Notes: a model not told the origin generated them from the sequence alone. A stretch of DNA of 64,000 bases from an uncultured Alphaproteobacteria bacterium (GCA_963784805.1 CAWASR010000030.1:9052-73051); one strand, 5' to 3'; shown: positions 45,149-56,639, numbered from the stretch's first letter. Translations and numbers: made by a program.

Positions 45149-46438
45149 ATGGACGAGCACGTCGAAGTCGCCGAGCCGGCCGCCGCGACAGCCTCGCGAG
45201 CGATGACCGCGGCAGCGGCCGCGCCGGGAGTGCCGGCGACGCCGAAGCCGGCGGTCGGCGGCCCGCCGGCCGCGCCCAAGCCCAAGCCCAGGCGCGCCGG
45301 CCTTCGCCGGATCGTCCTGCCGGTCGTCTTGCTGGCCTCGCTCGCCTATGGCGCCAAGACGGCTTATGATTATTTTGTCACAGGCCGCTTTCTCATTTCG
45401 ACCGACGACGCCTATATCGGCGCCTCGACATCGATCATCGCCGCCAAGGCGACCGGGCATCTGACCGCGGTTCCGGTGGTCGACAATCAGGCCGTCCACA
45501 AGGGCGAGCTTCTGGCCTCGATCGACGACCGCGACTATCAGAACGCGGTCGACGACGCCAAGGCGCGCATCGCCACCCAGGACGCGACGATCGCCCGCAT
45601 CGGCCGGCAAATCGACGCCCAGGGCGCGGCGATCGCCCAAGCGGAGGCGCAGGTTGCCGCCGCAAAGGCCCAACTGACGGGCGCCAAGGCCGACGTCGAG
45701 CGCGCCGCCCTTGAATATGACCGCTCCCTCAAGCTTGCGCAGACGAATTTCGGCTCGCAGCAGCGTCTCGAGCAGGCGACCGCCGACCGCGACCGCACCA
45801 GGGCGGCTGTCGCAGCGGCGAGTGCGACTGCCGCTTCCGCCGCCGCCGCGGTGGAGGGCGCCAAGGCCAATCTCGACGTTCTGAAGGCCCAGCGGGACGA
45901 GGCGACGCGCCAGCGCGGCGAACTCCAGACCGGGTTGGCCAAGGCCGAGCTGGATATGTCGTTCACCCGCGTCCTCGCACCCTTCGACGGCGTCGTCGGA
46001 AACAAGGCGGCCGAAGTCGGCGAACTCGTGCAGCCGGGAACCCGGTTGATGGCCTTGGTTCCGCTCAACGCTTCTTATGTCGACGCCAATTTCAAGGAAA
46101 CCCAGCTCGCGGACATCCGGCCGGGTCAGAAGGTCGATGTCGCGATCGACGCGCTTGACGGGAAAGTCGTCCAGGGCGTGGTGTCGTCGATTTCGCCCGC
46201 GTCCGGCTCGCAGTTCTCGCTGCTGCCGCCCGACAACGCGACTGGCAATTTCACCAAGGTCGTCCAGCGCGTCGCCGTGCGCATCACCTTTCCCGAGGAG
46301 GTGCTGAAGACGGTTCCGCTGCGGCCCGGCCTTTCGGTCGTCGCCATCGTCCACACCCGCGATCCCGCCTTGCCCAAGCCGAGCCTGCTCAGCGCGCTCG
46401 GGCTCGAAGCGTTCGCCACCAAGAGCGCCAGGCCTTGA
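45149..46438 (+). CDS. HlyD/EmrA-family membrane-fusion (periplasmic adaptor) protein
   Basis: TM RIVLPVVLLASLAYGA. DDAYIGA... lipoyl-like segment. A long Ala/Gln coiled coil. ...FTRVLAPFDGVVG.... ATG 45149 was chosen so that the operator at 45104-45120 stays upstream of the gene. Confidence 0.88.
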   Translation: MDEHVEVAEPAAATASRAMTAAAAAPGVPATPKPAVGGPPAAPKPKPRRAGLRRIVLPVVLLASLAYGAKTAYDYFVTGRFLISTDDAYIGASTSIIAAKATGHLTAVPVVDNQAVHKGELLASIDDRDYQNAVDDAKARIATQDATIARIGRQIDAQGAAIAQAEAQVAAAKAQLTGAKADVERAALEYDRSLKLAQTNFGSQQRLEQATADRDRTRAAVAAASATAASAAAAVEGAKANLDVLKAQRDEATRQRGELQTGLAKAELDMSFTRVLAPFDGVVGNKAAEVGELVQPGTRLMALVPLNASYVDANFKETQLADIRPGQKVDVAIDALDGKVVQGVVSSISPASGSQFSLLPPDNATGNFTKVVQRVAVRITFPEEVLKTVPLRPGLSVVAIVHTRDPALPKPSLLSALGLEAFATKSARP

Positions 46439-48036
46439 GCGACGTCGCCATCCGCGCGCCCGCCATCCCGGCGCGCCCGGCCGCATGGACGCCGGCGGCG
46501 GTCGAGCATTTCTCGAAGCGAAGGCTGGCGGCGTTCATCTTCATGGTGTTCGGGATGTTCATGGCGATCCTGGACATCCAGGTCGTCTCTGCGTCGCTGT
46601 CGCAGATCCAGGCGGGGCTTTCCGCCTCGTTGGACGAGGTCACCTGGGTCCAGACCAGCTACCTCGTCGCCGAAGTGATCATGATCCCGTTGTCGGGATT
46701 TCTGTCGCGCGCCTTCTCGACCAGGCTCATTTTCACCATCTCGGCGGGTGGTTTCACGCTGATGAGCTTCATGTGCGCCCAGGCGACCAGCATCAACGAG
46801 ATGATCGTCTGGCGGGCGCTGCAGGGCTTCATCGGCGGCGGGATGATCCCGACCGTCTTCGCTTCGGCGTTCACCATCTTTCCACGCTCGAAGCAGCCGT
46901 TCATCGCCCCGATCATCGGGCTGGTGGCGACGCTCGCCCCGACGATCGGGCCGACTGTCGGCGGCTACCTCACCGACTGGTACTCCTGGCACTGGCTGTT
47001 CCTTATCAATCTGGGGCCGGGCGTCATCGTGACCATTGCCTGCTGGCTGCTGATCGATTTCGATGAACCGGACTATTCCCTGCTCGCCAACTTCGACTGG
47101 ACCGGCCTCATCGCCATGGCGGGCTTTCTTGGGGCGCTCGAATATGCGCTGGAGGAAGGGCCGTCGAAGGACTGGTTTCAGAGCCAGCCGGTGTCGATCG
47201 CCATCGTTGTCTCGGCCGTCAGCGGCGTCGTCTTCTTCTGGCGCGTGCTGAGCGCCTACCAGCCGATCGTCGATCTTTCCGCCTTTCGCGACCGCAATTT
47301 CTGGACCGGCACGATGTTCGCCTTCGTGCTCGGCATCGGGCTCTATGGCCTCACCTATATCTACCCGGTCTATCTGGCGGTGGTGCGCGGCTATTCGTCG
47401 CTGCTGATCGGCAAGACCATGTTCGTGACTGGCGCCTGCATGTTTCTGACCGCGCCGCTCGCCGGGCGGCTGATGAACCGGGTCGACCCGCGCCTTATGA
47501 TCGCGGTCGGCTTCATCTTCTTTGCGATCGGCACCTGGCAGGCGTCCTACGTCACCGTCGACTGGGATTTCTGGGAGCTGTTGTGGCCCCAGATCTTTCG
47601 CGGCGTCGGCCTGATGCTCAGCATGGTTCCGATCAACAATCTGGCGCTCGGCACGATGCCGCCGAGCAAGATCAAGAACGCTTCCGGCCTGTTCAATCTG
47701 ATGCGTAATCTCGGCGGGGCGGTGGGCCTGGCGCTCATCAACACCATGTTGGACAAGCGCATGGACCTGCATCTCGAGCGGCTGCGCGAGTCCGTCACCT
47801 GGAGCCGGGCCGTAGCGAACGAGACGCTCGCCAATATGACCGCGGCGCTGGCCGCGCGCGGCTCCGACGCCGAGCTCGCCGCAATCAAGAAGCTCGCGCT
47901 GATCGTGCGCCGGCAGGCGGAGGTGATGGCGCTCGCCGATGTCTTCTTGGCGCTTACCTTCCTCTTCCTCGGCTGCGTCGCCTTCGCCGCCCTGATGCGA
48001 CGGCCGGTCGCCATGGCGGGCGGGGGCGGGCACTGA
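46435..48036 (+). CDS. DHA2-family (EmrB/QacA-like, 14-TMS) MFS efflux transporter
   Basis: The TTG start overlaps the upstream TGA. ...MFMAILDIQVVSASL..., ...WRALQGFIGGGMIP.... 533 aa. Confidence 0.9.
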   Translation: MSDVAIRAPAIPARPAAWTPAAVEHFSKRRLAAFIFMVFGMFMAILDIQVVSASLSQIQAGLSASLDEVTWVQTSYLVAEVIMIPLSGFLSRAFSTRLIFTISAGGFTLMSFMCAQATSINEMIVWRALQGFIGGGMIPTVFASAFTIFPRSKQPFIAPIIGLVATLAPTIGPTVGGYLTDWYSWHWLFLINLGPGVIVTIACWLLIDFDEPDYSLLANFDWTGLIAMAGFLGALEYALEEGPSKDWFQSQPVSIAIVVSAVSGVVFFWRVLSAYQPIVDLSAFRDRNFWTGTMFAFVLGIGLYGLTYIYPVYLAVVRGYSSLLIGKTMFVTGACMFLTAPLAGRLMNRVDPRLMIAVGFIFFAIGTWQASYVTVDWDFWELLWPQIFRGVGLMLSMVPINNLALGTMPPSKIKNASGLFNLMRNLGGAVGLALINTMLDKRMDLHLERLRESVTWSRAVANETLANMTAALAARGSDAELAAIKKLALIVRRQAEVMALADVFLALTFLFLGCVAFAALMRRPVAMAGGGGH

Positions 48037-48153
48037 GGCGATTTCGTCGTCCGCGGCCTTGCGGCGCCATAGCCTCTCGCCATATTATGTCGTGAGGCGT
48101 CGCCTCGGCTTCGCGGCCGGGGCGCGCCGCACACCTATGAAGAGGTTTTTCTC

Positions 48154-48921
48154 ATGTCCGACTATGACCGCTACGCCAACGCGCGTCCCGGCGCTGGTAT
48201 TGCACGGTCCGGCGTCGCGATCGATCAGGGCCTTCGCGCCTATATGATCGGCGTTTACAACTACATGACCCTGGGCCTTGGCGTGACCGGCCTGGTCGCC
48301 TACGGCGCCTTCGCCCTCGGCACGGTCCAGACCCCGAGCGGACGACTTGCGCTGACCGACTTCGGTCATGCGATCTATGTCTCGCCGCTGCGCTGGCTGA
48401 TCGTGCTGTCGCCGCTGGCGCTGGTCTTCTACATCTCGGCCCGCATCAATTCGATGTCGGTCGCGAGCGCGCGCAACGCCTTCATCGCCTTTGCGGCGCT
48501 GATCGGGCTGTCGATGTCGGCGCTGCTGGTGGTCTACACCGGCGCCTCGATCGGACGCGCGTTCTTCGCCACCGCGGCGGCCTTCGCCAGCCTCAGCCTC
48601 TATGGCTATACGACCCAGCGCAGCCTTTCGGCGATGGGATCGTTTATGATGATGGGCGTCATCGGCCTCATCATCGCCAGCTTGCTCAACCTGTTCCTGC
48701 AAAGCTCTGGGCTGCAGTTCGGTCTATCGATCCTCTGCGTCGTGATCTTCGCCGGCCTCACCGCCTGGGACACCCAGTCGATCAAGGAAGGCTATTCAAG
48801 CAGCGATGGCTACGAGATGGTGCAGAAGCAGTCAATTCACGGCGCCTTGCGGCTCTATCTCGACTTCATCAACATGTTCCAGGCGATCCTGTACCTGACG
48901 GGCTCCAGCCGTAGCAACTGA
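48154..48921 (+). CDS. Bax-inhibitor-1/YccA-family membrane protein
   Basis: ...IDQGLRAYMIGVYNYMTLGLGVTG..., seven hydrophobic segments, ...LRLYLDFINMFQAILYL. Confidence 0.88.
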   Translation: MSDYDRYANARPGAGIARSGVAIDQGLRAYMIGVYNYMTLGLGVTGLVAYGAFALGTVQTPSGRLALTDFGHAIYVSPLRWLIVLSPLALVFYISARINSMSVASARNAFIAFAALIGLSMSALLVVYTGASIGRAFFATAAAFASLSLYGYTTQRSLSAMGSFMMMGVIGLIIASLLNLFLQSSGLQFGLSILCVVIFAGLTAWDTQSIKEGYSSSDGYEMVQKQSIHGALRLYLDFINMFQAILYLTGSSRSN

Positions 48922-48951
48922 CGCTTCGACGGCGACCTCGAAACAAAAAAA

Positions 48952-48990
48952 GGCCCCGGTTCGCACAGACGCGAGCCGGGGTTTTTCTTT
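48952..48990. terminator. Bidirectional rho-independent terminator
   Basis: An A7 run, then the stem ccccggttcgc / gcgagccgggg (one G-U pair) with a 6-nt loop, then a T5 run. It lies between the convergent BI-1-family and dapB genes. Confidence 0.75.
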
Positions 48991-49170
48991 ATCTTCAAGT
49001 TTGCCCTTGGCGCGCCGGAGCGGAGATGGATGCGGTTCGGATCTCGGCGCCGGCGATCATCGCGCCGGGAGGACGCGACCCGCATGCCGCCAATCGTCGA
49101 AGTCCATGCGGGGAAGACGCGAAAATCAGCGAAGCTCGATTTTGAGTGCGGAGAATAGGCCGCCGCCCAG

Positions 49171-49983
49171 TCAGCCGCCGAGACCCAGGACGTCGGCCAT
49201 CGAATAGAGCCCAGGCTTGCGGTCCTGCGCCCAGCGCGCGGCCTTGAGCGCGCCGCGAGCGAAAAGGCCGCGATCCTCGGCCAGATGAGACAGGACGATC
49301 CGTTCGCCTTCGCCGGCGAAGACGACGCTGTGATCGCCGACGACCGTGCCGCCGCGCAGCGAGGCGAAACCGACGTCGCCTCTGCGCCTTGGTCCGGTGA
49401 CGCCCTCGCGGGCGCCGGCGGTATGGTCCTTTAGCGAAACCCCGCGTCCGGAGGCCGCCGCTTCGCCGAGCAGCAAGGCGGTGCCCGAGGGCGCGTCGAC
49501 CTTCATGCGATGGTGCGTCTCGACGATTTCGATGTCGAAATCCTCCCCGAGCGCCGCTGCGGCGCGGCGCGTAAGCGCGGCGAGAAGATTGACGCCGAGG
49601 CTCATGTTGCCCGAGCGCACGATCGGCGCGTGACGCGCGGCGGCGTCGATCCTTTCGAGATCCGCCTCGCCGAGGCCTGTCGTGCCGATCACATCGGCGA
49701 TGCGCGCCTGGGCGGCCAGCGCCGCCATCTCCACGCTCGCCGCCGGCGAGGAAAAGTCGATGATCGCGTCGGCCGCGAGCAACAGCGACAGCGGATCGGC
49801 GACGATAGCGAGGCCGCTCGCGCCGCAACCGGCGAGCGCGCCCGGATCATGGCCGATCCAAGGCGAATCCTCGCGCTCCAGCGCGCCGACCAGCTTCGCG
49901 CCCTCCGCCTCGTCGATCGCCCGCACGACCATACGGCCCATGCGGCCGGCGGCGCCGCTGACGATCAGTCTGATCTCAGCCAT
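49171..49983 (-). CDS. dapB: 4-hydroxy-tetrahydrodipicolinate reductase
   Basis: Start at ATG 49983, [20 protein letters not shown].... ...[18 protein letters not shown].... Confidence 0.92.
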   Translation of the reverse strand: MAEIRLIVSGAAGRMGRMVVRAIDEAEGAKLVGALEREDSPWIGHDPGALAGCGASGLAIVADPLSLLLAADAIIDFSSPAASVEMAALAAQARIADVIGTTGLGEADLERIDAAARHAPIVRSGNMSLGVNLLAALTRRAAAALGEDFDIEIVETHHRMKVDAPSGTALLLGEAAASGRGVSLKDHTAGAREGVTGPRRRGDVGFASLRGGTVVGDHSVVFAGEGERIVLSHLAEDRGLFARGALKAARWAQDRKPGLYSMADVLGLGG

Positions 49984-50005
49984 TGTGTTCCCCTGATTGG
50001 CGCGC

Positions 50006-50311
50006 TCAGCCCGATTGCGGGCCGTCATGGCCTTCGACGATCAAGAGATCGGCGACGCTCGCGGCGTCGCGCAGTTTCGCGGCTAGGCGATATTCCTCGG
50101 AATCATGGCAGGCGAGCGCGGTCGCGTAGTCGGGAAACTCGATCACGACGGCGCGCGCGCGCGCCGCGCCTGCCTTGACGACTTGGGTTCCGCCGCGCAC
50201 CAGGAAGCGCGCTCCGAATTTCGCGAACGCGGCGGCGTTGGCCCTAACGTAAAGCTTGTAGCCCTCGGGATCGCGCACGTCGACATGGACGATCCAGTAC
50301 CCCTTGGTCAT
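50006..50311 (-). CDS. DUF1330-family protein (dimeric alpha-beta barrel-like)
   Basis: [41 protein letters not shown]... Confidence 0.8.
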   Translation of the reverse strand: MTKGYWIVHVDVRDPEGYKLYVRANAAAFAKFGARFLVRGGTQVVKAGAARARAVVIEFPDYATALACHDSEEYRLAAKLRDAASVADLLIVEGHDGPQSG

Positions 50312-50314
50312 GGC

Positions 50315-50602
50315 TCAGGCTCCCTCGACCAAAACCATTTCGATTTCCGCGGCTCCTTCGCGCAGCGCACGCGCCGCCTGATACTGATCGGAATAGAAAT
50401 ACGCCCGCGCCGCCTCGTAGCTGTCGAACTCGAGCACCACGTTGCGCGCCCGCACATTGCCCTCTAGCGCCTCGCTGCGTCCACCGCGCGCAAGCGCCCT
50501 GCCTCCGTGGTCAGCGATCGCCTTGGTCGCCGCCGCGGCGTAGCGCGCATAGGCCTCGGGATTGGTGACGTCGACTCGCGAAATGACATATCCCTTGGGC
50601 AT
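50315..50602 (-). CDS. DUF1330-family protein, tandem paralogue
   Basis: MPKGYVISRVDVTNPEAYARYAAAATKAIADHGGRALARGG.... Separated by 3 nt from the downstream paralogue. Confidence 0.8.
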   Translation of the reverse strand: MPKGYVISRVDVTNPEAYARYAAAATKAIADHGGRALARGGRSEALEGNVRARNVVLEFDSYEAARAYFYSDQYQAARALREGAAEIEMVLVEGA

Positions 50603-50659
50603 GACGGCTCCTTCATCAGGCGGGCGAGCAAACCTAGCGTGACTGCGCCGCCGATCAAG

Positions 50660-51361
50660 TCAGCGCGCCGCGGCGATCTCGGCGACGATCGCCTTGGCGG
50701 CCGCGCGGGGATCCGGCGCCTGCGTCACCGGGCGGCCGACGACAAGGTAGTCGGCTCCTGCCCGAATGGCCTCAGCCGGTGCGGCCACGCGCTTCTGATC
50801 GCCGGCGGCGGCGCCATCGGGCCGGATGCCGGGCGTGACGATCAGCATCTGGGCTCCAACGGCTTTGCGCAGCGTCGCCGCTTCGGCGGCGCTCGCGACC
50901 AGTCCGTCGACGCCGAGCGAAAGCGCCTGTTCAGCGCGCCGGCGGACCAGTTCGGCGACGCCAAATCGATAGCCGGCGTCGCGTAGATCGGCGTCGTCGC
51001 ATGAGGTCAATACGGTGACGGCGAGGACTTGCGTATTCGAGCCCTTCGCGCCCGCGACCGCCGCGCGCATGGTCTGCGGATAGGCGTGAACGGTCAGAAA
51101 CCTCGCGCCCAGTCTCGCCGCCTGCGCCGTGGCCCGCTCGACGGTGTTGGGGATGTCGTGCAGTTTGAGGTCGAGAAAGACCTGCTTGCCGGCTGAGACG
51201 AGCCTGCCCACGAGCCCCAGGCCGCCGCCATACGCGAGCTCCATGCCGACCTTATAGAAAGTCGCGGCGTCGCCGATGCGTTCGATCAGACGCTCGGCCT
51301 CACCGACATCGGACGCGTCGAGCGCGACGATCAGCCGGTCGCACGGCGCCGAGGCCGCCAT
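50660..51361 (-). CDS. pyrF: Orotidine-5'-phosphate decarboxylase
   Basis: LIVALD..., [13 protein letters not shown], ...LVVGRPV.... Confidence 0.9.
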   Translation of the reverse strand: MAASAPCDRLIVALDASDVGEAERLIERIGDAATFYKVGMELAYGGGLGLVGRLVSAGKQVFLDLKLHDIPNTVERATAQAARLGARFLTVHAYPQTMRAAVAGAKGSNTQVLAVTVLTSCDDADLRDAGYRFGVAELVRRRAEQALSLGVDGLVASAAEAATLRKAVGAQMLIVTPGIRPDGAAAGDQKRVAAPAEAIRAGADYLVVGRPVTQAPDPRAAAKAIVAEIAAAR

Positions 51362-51362
51362 C

Positions 51363-52007
51363 TTATCGATCCTCGCCCGTGCGGCCTTCGTTCGCGCTTT
51401 TGCTCCGGCTCCTCCCGCGCGCCGTTACACTCCCCGCAGGATCGGACTCGAGGCGATAGGTCCACACGCGGGCGGGCGGCAGGTTGCGCCAGATTGGCGC
51501 GGAACTATGCGCGCTATAGCGCCGAGCGCCGTCGCGCGGTATCGGCGACAGAAATCCGTAGGTGAATTGCACGAAGCGGCCATCCGGCCCCATTAGCGCG
51601 AAGGCGTCGTCAATGAGCTCTTCGCGCCGATGCGGCGGCTGATTGAGAAGGGGAAGGCTGGAGACGACAGCCGCGATCGGCTGGCCGCCAAAGCCATTCA
51701 GGGTGCGCTGGAGGTCATAGGCGTCGCCACAGACGACTGCCGCCGGCCCGAACCGCTGGGCCAGCATGCGGCAGAAGCGCGAATCGTATTCGACCAGGAT
51801 CAGCCGCTCGCGCGCGATGCCCCGTTCGATGAGCGCCTTGGTGACCGGACCGGTGCCCGGGCCCAGTTCGATCACGAATCCGTCGGCTGCCTCGCCGGCC
51901 GCCGCCGCCATCGCGCGCGCCAGCGCCCGCCCGGACGGCGCAACGGCGCCGGTGAGGCGAGGCCTGGCCACGAGGGACCGGAAGAAATGCGCCTCATCCC
52001 GCAGCAT
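51363..52007 (-). CDS. Class I SAM-dependent methyltransferase (phospholipid N-methyltransferase PmtA-like)
   Basis: ...[15 protein letters not shown]...[19 protein letters not shown]...LVEYD...CGDAYDL. This pattern matches rhizobial PmtA as recalled from memory. Confidence 0.65.
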   Translation of the reverse strand: MLRDEAHFFRSLVARPRLTGAVAPSGRALARAMAAAAGEAADGFVIELGPGTGPVTKALIERGIARERLILVEYDSRFCRMLAQRFGPAAVVCGDAYDLQRTLNGFGGQPIAAVVSSLPLLNQPPHRREELIDDAFALMGPDGRFVQFTYGFLSPIPRDGARRYSAHSSAPIWRNLPPARVWTYRLESDPAGSVTARGRSRSKSANEGRTGEDR

Positions 52008-52104
52008 CGGCGGCCTTATCTCGAATTCGAACCTGCATTCCCGTTTCCCGACCGGAACGAGGCCCGCGCAGTCATATCCGGTCCTTGGCCCGGCGCAAGT
52101 CCGG

Positions 52105-53223
52105 TCAGCTCAGTCCCTCGAAGAACTCTTTCATCTTGGCGAAGAACCCCGCGCTTTCCGGATGCGTCTTGTGCGAGGATTCGGAGGCGAATTCCGTCAT
52201 CAGTTCGCGCTGGCGGCGGGTGAGGTTCTGCGGCGTCTCGACATTGAGCTGCACGAACAGGTCGCCATAGTCGCGCGAGCGCAGGATCGGCATGCCCTTG
52301 CCGCGCAGCCTGAGTTGCCGTCCGGATTGCGCGCCCTCGGGGATGTTGACCTTGGACTCGGTTCCGTCCAGCGTCCTGACCGCGAATTCGCCGCCGAGCG
52401 CCGCCTGGACCATGGAAATCGGCACCCGACAATAGAGATCGGCGCCGTCGCGCTGAAAGAAGGGGTGCGGTTTGACCGAGAGAAAGATATAAAGATCGCC
52501 CGACGGCCCGCCGCGCATCCCCGCCTCTCCCTCGCCGCTCAAGCGAATGCGGGTGCCGTCCTCGACCCCGGAAGGAACATTGACGGACAGCGTTCGCTCG
52601 CGCGTGACGCGGCCGGAACCCGCGCATTTGTCACAAGGATTGTCGATTGTCTGCCCTCGCCCATGACAGGACGGGCAGGTGCGCTCGATGGCGAAGAAAC
52701 CTTGCTGGGAGCGCACGCGCCCGTGGCCTCCACAGGTCTTGCAGGCCATCGGTCTGGAGCCGGCGCGCGCGCCCGACCCCGTGCACGCCTCGCAGGCGAC
52801 AGCGGTCGGAATCTTGAACGTCGCCGTCTTGCCGCGATACGCTTCCTCAAGCGCAATTTCGAGATTGTAGCGCAGGTCCGCGCCGCGCTCCCGGCCGGAT
52901 GATTTTCGACCGCCGCGCCGTCCGCCCATCATATCCCCGAACAGGTCGTCGAAGATGTCGGACATCGAGGCGCCGAACCCGTCGTTCATGCCGGCATGTT
53001 CGAACGCGGCGTGGCCATAGCGGTCATAGGCGGCGCGTTTCTGGGCGTCCGAGAGATGCTGGTAGGCTTCGTTCAACTCCTTGAAGCGGGTCTCGGCCTG
53101 CTTGTCGCCCGGATGGCGGTCGGGATGACACTGCATCGCCGCCTTGCGGAAGGCCGACTTCAGCTCCGCGTCGTTCGCGGTCTTGGATACGCCCAGAGTC
53201 TCGTAAAAATCGCGCTTGGCCAT
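52105..53223 (-). CDS. dnaJ: Molecular chaperone DnaJ
   Basis: J-domain with HPD, a G/F region, four CxxCxGxG zinc motifs, and a C-terminal substrate-binding domain. Confidence 0.95.
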   Translation of the reverse strand: MAKRDFYETLGVSKTANDAELKSAFRKAAMQCHPDRHPGDKQAETRFKELNEAYQHLSDAQKRAAYDRYGHAAFEHAGMNDGFGASMSDIFDDLFGDMMGGRRGGRKSSGRERGADLRYNLEIALEEAYRGKTATFKIPTAVACEACTGSGARAGSRPMACKTCGGHGRVRSQQGFFAIERTCPSCHGRGQTIDNPCDKCAGSGRVTRERTLSVNVPSGVEDGTRIRLSGEGEAGMRGGPSGDLYIFLSVKPHPFFQRDGADLYCRVPISMVQAALGGEFAVRTLDGTESKVNIPEGAQSGRQLRLRGKGMPILRSRDYGDLFVQLNVETPQNLTRRQRELMTEFASESSHKTHPESAGFFAKMKEFFEGLS

Positions 53224-53369
53224 CGTCAGCGCGCTCGTTGGCGAAAAGTCATCTCTTCGACCCGCATTTCCCTCGCCGGCCGGACGCCGCCCCAGTCGCC
53301 GCCTTCGATTCCGGCGCCCCCTCTGAACCCAACGCCGGCCGCGTCGATTGAGGCCGGCGCATGTTCGCC

Positions 53370-55283
53370 TTACGAAGTCTTTTTCTTGTCGTCGTCAACT
53401 TCGCGAAATTCCGCGTCGATGACGTCGTCCGTGGTCTGGGCGCCGCCGGCGGGAGCTTCGCCCGCAGCCCCCGCCGCCTGCTGCGCCTTGTACATCGCCT
53501 CGCCCAGTTTCATCTGAGCCTGCATGAGGTCGTTGGTGCGGGCCTTGATCGCCTCGACATCCTCCTCCTGCAGAGCGCCGCGCAGGGAAGCCACGGCCGC
53601 TTCGATGGCGCTCCGGTCGGATTGGGCGACCTTGTCGCCGTATTCGTTCAGCGATTTCTCGGCGTCATGGGCCAACGACTCGCCCTGGTTCTTGGCGTCA
53701 ACCAATTCACGCCGTTTCTTATCCTCGGCGGCATGGGCTTCGGCGTCCTTCACCATCTTGTTGATGTCGGCTTCGCTTAATCCGCCCGACGCCTGGATGC
53801 GGATCTGCTGCTCCTTGTTCGTCGCTTTGTCCTTGGCGGTGACGTTGACAATGCCATTGGCGTCGATATCGAACGTCACCTCGATCTGCGGAACGCCGCG
53901 CGGCGCCGAGGGAATGCCCACCAGATCGAACTGGCCGAGCGCCTTGTTGTCAGCCGCCATCTCACGTTCGCCCTGGAAGACCCGGATCGTCACCGCGGTC
54001 TGATTGTCTTCGGCGGTGGAGAAGACCTGGCTCTTCTTGGTCGGGATTGTGGTGTTGCGCTCGATCAGGCGGGTGAACACTCCGCCCAGCGTCTCGATGC
54101 CCAGCGACAGCGGGGTCACGTCGAGCAGCAGCACATCCTTGACGTCCCCCTGCAGAACGCCCGCCTGGACCGCGGCGCCGATCGCGACGACTTCGTCGGG
54201 ATTGACGCCCTTATGCGGCTCCTTGCCGAAGAACTGCTTGACGACTTCCTGAACCTTGGGCATTCGCGTCATGCCGCCGACCAGCACCACCTCGTCGATC
54301 TGGCCCGCCGAGAGACCGGCGTCCTTCAGCGCCTTGCGACACGGTTCGACCGTGCGCTGGATGAGATCGTCGACCAGAGCCTCGAACTTGGCGCGCGTCA
54401 GCTTCAGCGCCAAGTGCTTGGGGCCCGCCGCATCGGCGGTGATATAGGGCAGATTGATCTCGGTCTGGGTCGCCGAGGAGAGTTCGATCTTCGCCTTTTC
54501 GGCCGCCTCCTTCAACCGCTGAAGCGCGAGCTTGTCCTTGGTCAGGTCGATCCCCTGCTCTTTCTTGAATTCGCCGGACAAATATTCGACCAGGCGCATG
54601 TCGAAGTCTTCGCCGCCTAGGAAGGTGTCGCCGTTGGTCGACTTCACTTCGAAGACGCCGTCGCCGATCTCCAGGATAGAAATATCGAAGGTCCCGCCGC
54701 CAAGGTCATAGACCGCGATCGTCCCGGCTTTCTTCTTGTCGAGGCCATAGGCGAGCGCCGCCGCGGTCGGTTCGTTGATGATGCGCAGCACTTCCAGACC
54801 GGCGATCCTGCCGGCGTCCTTGGTCGCCTGACGCTGGGCGTCGTTGAAATATGCCGGCACGGTGATGACCGCCTGCGTGACCGGCCCGCCGAGATGGGCT
54901 TCCGCCGTCTCCTTCATCTTCTGCAGGACAAACGCGGAGATCTGGGACGGTGAATATTGCTTGCCGTCCGCCGTCACCCACGCATCGCCGTTGGGCGCGC
55001 GAATGATCTTGTAGGGAACGAGACCCATGTCCTTCTTCGTCATCGGGTCTTCGAACGATCGGCCAATGAGGCGCTTGATGGCGAAGAACGTGCGCTCAGG
55101 ATTGGTCACCGCTTGGCGCTTGGCCGGCTGTCCGACCAGCCGCTCGCCGTCATCGGTGAAGGCGACAATCGAGGGCGTCGTCCGCGCGCCTTCCGAATTC
55201 TCAATAACCTTGGGGGTCGCGCCATCCATGACGGCGACGCACGAGTTGGTCGTGCCCAGGTCGATGCCGATAACTTTCGCCAT
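53370..55283 (-). CDS. dnaK: Molecular chaperone DnaK (Hsp70)
   Basis: Start at ATG 55283, [18 protein letters not shown].... Full-length Hsp70 of 637 aa. Confidence 0.97.
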   Translation of the reverse strand: MAKVIGIDLGTTNSCVAVMDGATPKVIENSEGARTTPSIVAFTDDGERLVGQPAKRQAVTNPERTFFAIKRLIGRSFEDPMTKKDMGLVPYKIIRAPNGDAWVTADGKQYSPSQISAFVLQKMKETAEAHLGGPVTQAVITVPAYFNDAQRQATKDAGRIAGLEVLRIINEPTAAALAYGLDKKKAGTIAVYDLGGGTFDISILEIGDGVFEVKSTNGDTFLGGEDFDMRLVEYLSGEFKKEQGIDLTKDKLALQRLKEAAEKAKIELSSATQTEINLPYITADAAGPKHLALKLTRAKFEALVDDLIQRTVEPCRKALKDAGLSAGQIDEVVLVGGMTRMPKVQEVVKQFFGKEPHKGVNPDEVVAIGAAVQAGVLQGDVKDVLLLDVTPLSLGIETLGGVFTRLIERNTTIPTKKSQVFSTAEDNQTAVTIRVFQGEREMAADNKALGQFDLVGIPSAPRGVPQIEVTFDIDANGIVNVTAKDKATNKEQQIRIQASGGLSEADINKMVKDAEAHAAEDKKRRELVDAKNQGESLAHDAEKSLNEYGDKVAQSDRSAIEAAVASLRGALQEEDVEAIKARTNDLMQAQMKLGEAMYKAQQAAGAAGEAPAGGAQTTDDVIDAEFREVDDDKKKTS

Positions 55284-55453
55284 TATATTCCCCTGCTCCT
55301 TCGCGGGATCGCCCGGCCCCGAAGCGGCCGGACCTAGAGAAGATTTCCGCTGGCCGCCACGGCCGTCCGTGCGCCTCTTCCGATCCCCAATGCTCAACGC
55401 CAGAAACCCGCGGATTCGCGGCGATTCGCGCCCTCATCCACCAGTCTGGCCGT

Positions 55454-55482
55454 ATATAGGTTGGGCGCTTTCGAGGCGCAAG
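55454..55482 (-). promoter_or_regulatory. Candidate RpoH (sigma32)-type heat-shock promoter of dnaKJ
   Basis: The minus strand reads CTTG-cgcctcgaaagcgcccaa-CCTATATA, about 170 nt upstream of dnaK. It resembles the alphaproteobacterial CTTG-N17/18-CYTATNT consensus. Confidence 0.5.
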
Positions 55483-55575
55483 GCGCGGAAACGACGGATT
55501 ATTCAAGCGCGACAAGACAGGGAGGACGAAACAAACGCCTTCCCCTTTGCTGTCGACGCTTTTAGACTTCCGACG

Positions 55576-56469
55576 ATGAGTCGGCGCCTAGTCCTCCTGT
55601 TTTGCGGCCTCGTTCTGGGCCTGAGCCCGGCCGATTCTCAACTGCTCCTGCCCGGCGCCGCGCCGGCCGCGGCAGGAGGGGCGACGAAGGCGACGTCCAA
55701 GCCCAAGAGTGGCGCCGGCGCGCGCGCAAAGGGCGAGGCCGCCAAGGTCCGGGGCGCTAAGGCTGCCTCCGCAGCGTCGCCAGGCGTCGCCGGCCTCGAC
55801 GGACAGCCTCTGTTCCTCAACGGCAAATCGGGACTCCTCCAGATTTCCGGCGACGCGGCCGTGGTGAGGATCGACAAATTGCGCCTTGCCGGAGAGAGCG
55901 TCTCCGATCCCTCCCAACCTTGTGTCGTGAACATCGTCGGCGAAAAACCGATCGAGGCGACGAGGGTCGGCAAACCCGGCGGTCTGGAGCGGTTCGAAGC
56001 CGATGTTCCGGCCTGCCCGTTCGCCTTCGACATCCTGAGGGGTTCGGCGTTGGTCCCCTCGCAAATCAGCGCCTGCATCTTCAAGGCTGCCGATTGTCAG
56101 ACCAATCCGAGCGGATTGTGGGGTCCCGACGGCGCGTCGTTGGAAAAGGACGCTCCGGATCTCGTCAAAGAACGCGCCGAAGCCGAGAGGGCGATGGGCA
56201 AGGCGGTGCACGCGCTCGAAGCGCGCGCGGAGAACAATCCGGACGCGGCGAACCTCTTGCGCGATCAGAGCGCCTTTGCCGGCCAGCGCGACGACGCCTG
56301 CCGGGACTACCTCAAGGAGAGCGTCCACGGTTACTGCGCCACCCGCCTGACCGAGGCGCGAACCGCGCTGCTGGAGGCGCGGATCGAGTCGCTCGGCCCC
56401 GCGGCCGCCGCCAAGCGAGAGAAGAAGAAGAAAAAGAAAGAACCCAAGAAAAACGCCGAGGCGCAATAG
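55576..56469 (+). CDS. Secreted hypothetical protein with a Lys-rich C-terminal tail
   Basis: ATG 55576. Signal peptide MSRRLVLLFCGLVLGLSPADS. Six Cys. Tail ...AAKREKKKKKKEPKKNAEAQ. The listed 480-aa ORF runs antisense through dnaK. Confidence 0.55.
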   Translation: MSRRLVLLFCGLVLGLSPADSQLLLPGAAPAAAGGATKATSKPKSGAGARAKGEAAKVRGAKAASAASPGVAGLDGQPLFLNGKSGLLQISGDAAVVRIDKLRLAGESVSDPSQPCVVNIVGEKPIEATRVGKPGGLERFEADVPACPFAFDILRGSALVPSQISACIFKAADCQTNPSGLWGPDGASLEKDAPDLVKERAEAERAMGKAVHALEARAENNPDAANLLRDQSAFAGQRDDACRDYLKESVHGYCATRLTEARTALLEARIESLGPAAAAKREKKKKKKEPKKNAEAQ

Positions 56470-56639
56470 GCGAGTCGCAATCGAGGGCTCGACGCGGACG
56501 GCGGGTCGCCGCGCGCTTGGCGACCCTGGCGCAGGTTCTTTTATTTGCGCGTTCGGTCGGCTAGCTTCCCCCCGCAAGATCGATCGAACGGGTCGGCCGG
56601 CGCCGCGACAAACCGCGTCATTGACCAGGGGAAAGAAGC

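Noticed and set aside
45092-48033. 464-aa and 635-aa minus-strand ORFs opposite the EmrA-like and EmrB-like genes
   Set aside because: They are mirror-frame ORFs of well-supported plus-strand genes. Their composition is extremely Arg/Gly/Asp-rich with no domains. The same reasoning applies to ORFs 22577-23902, 29277-30251, 61284-62582, 51766-52902, 26132-27250 and 10818-11918.
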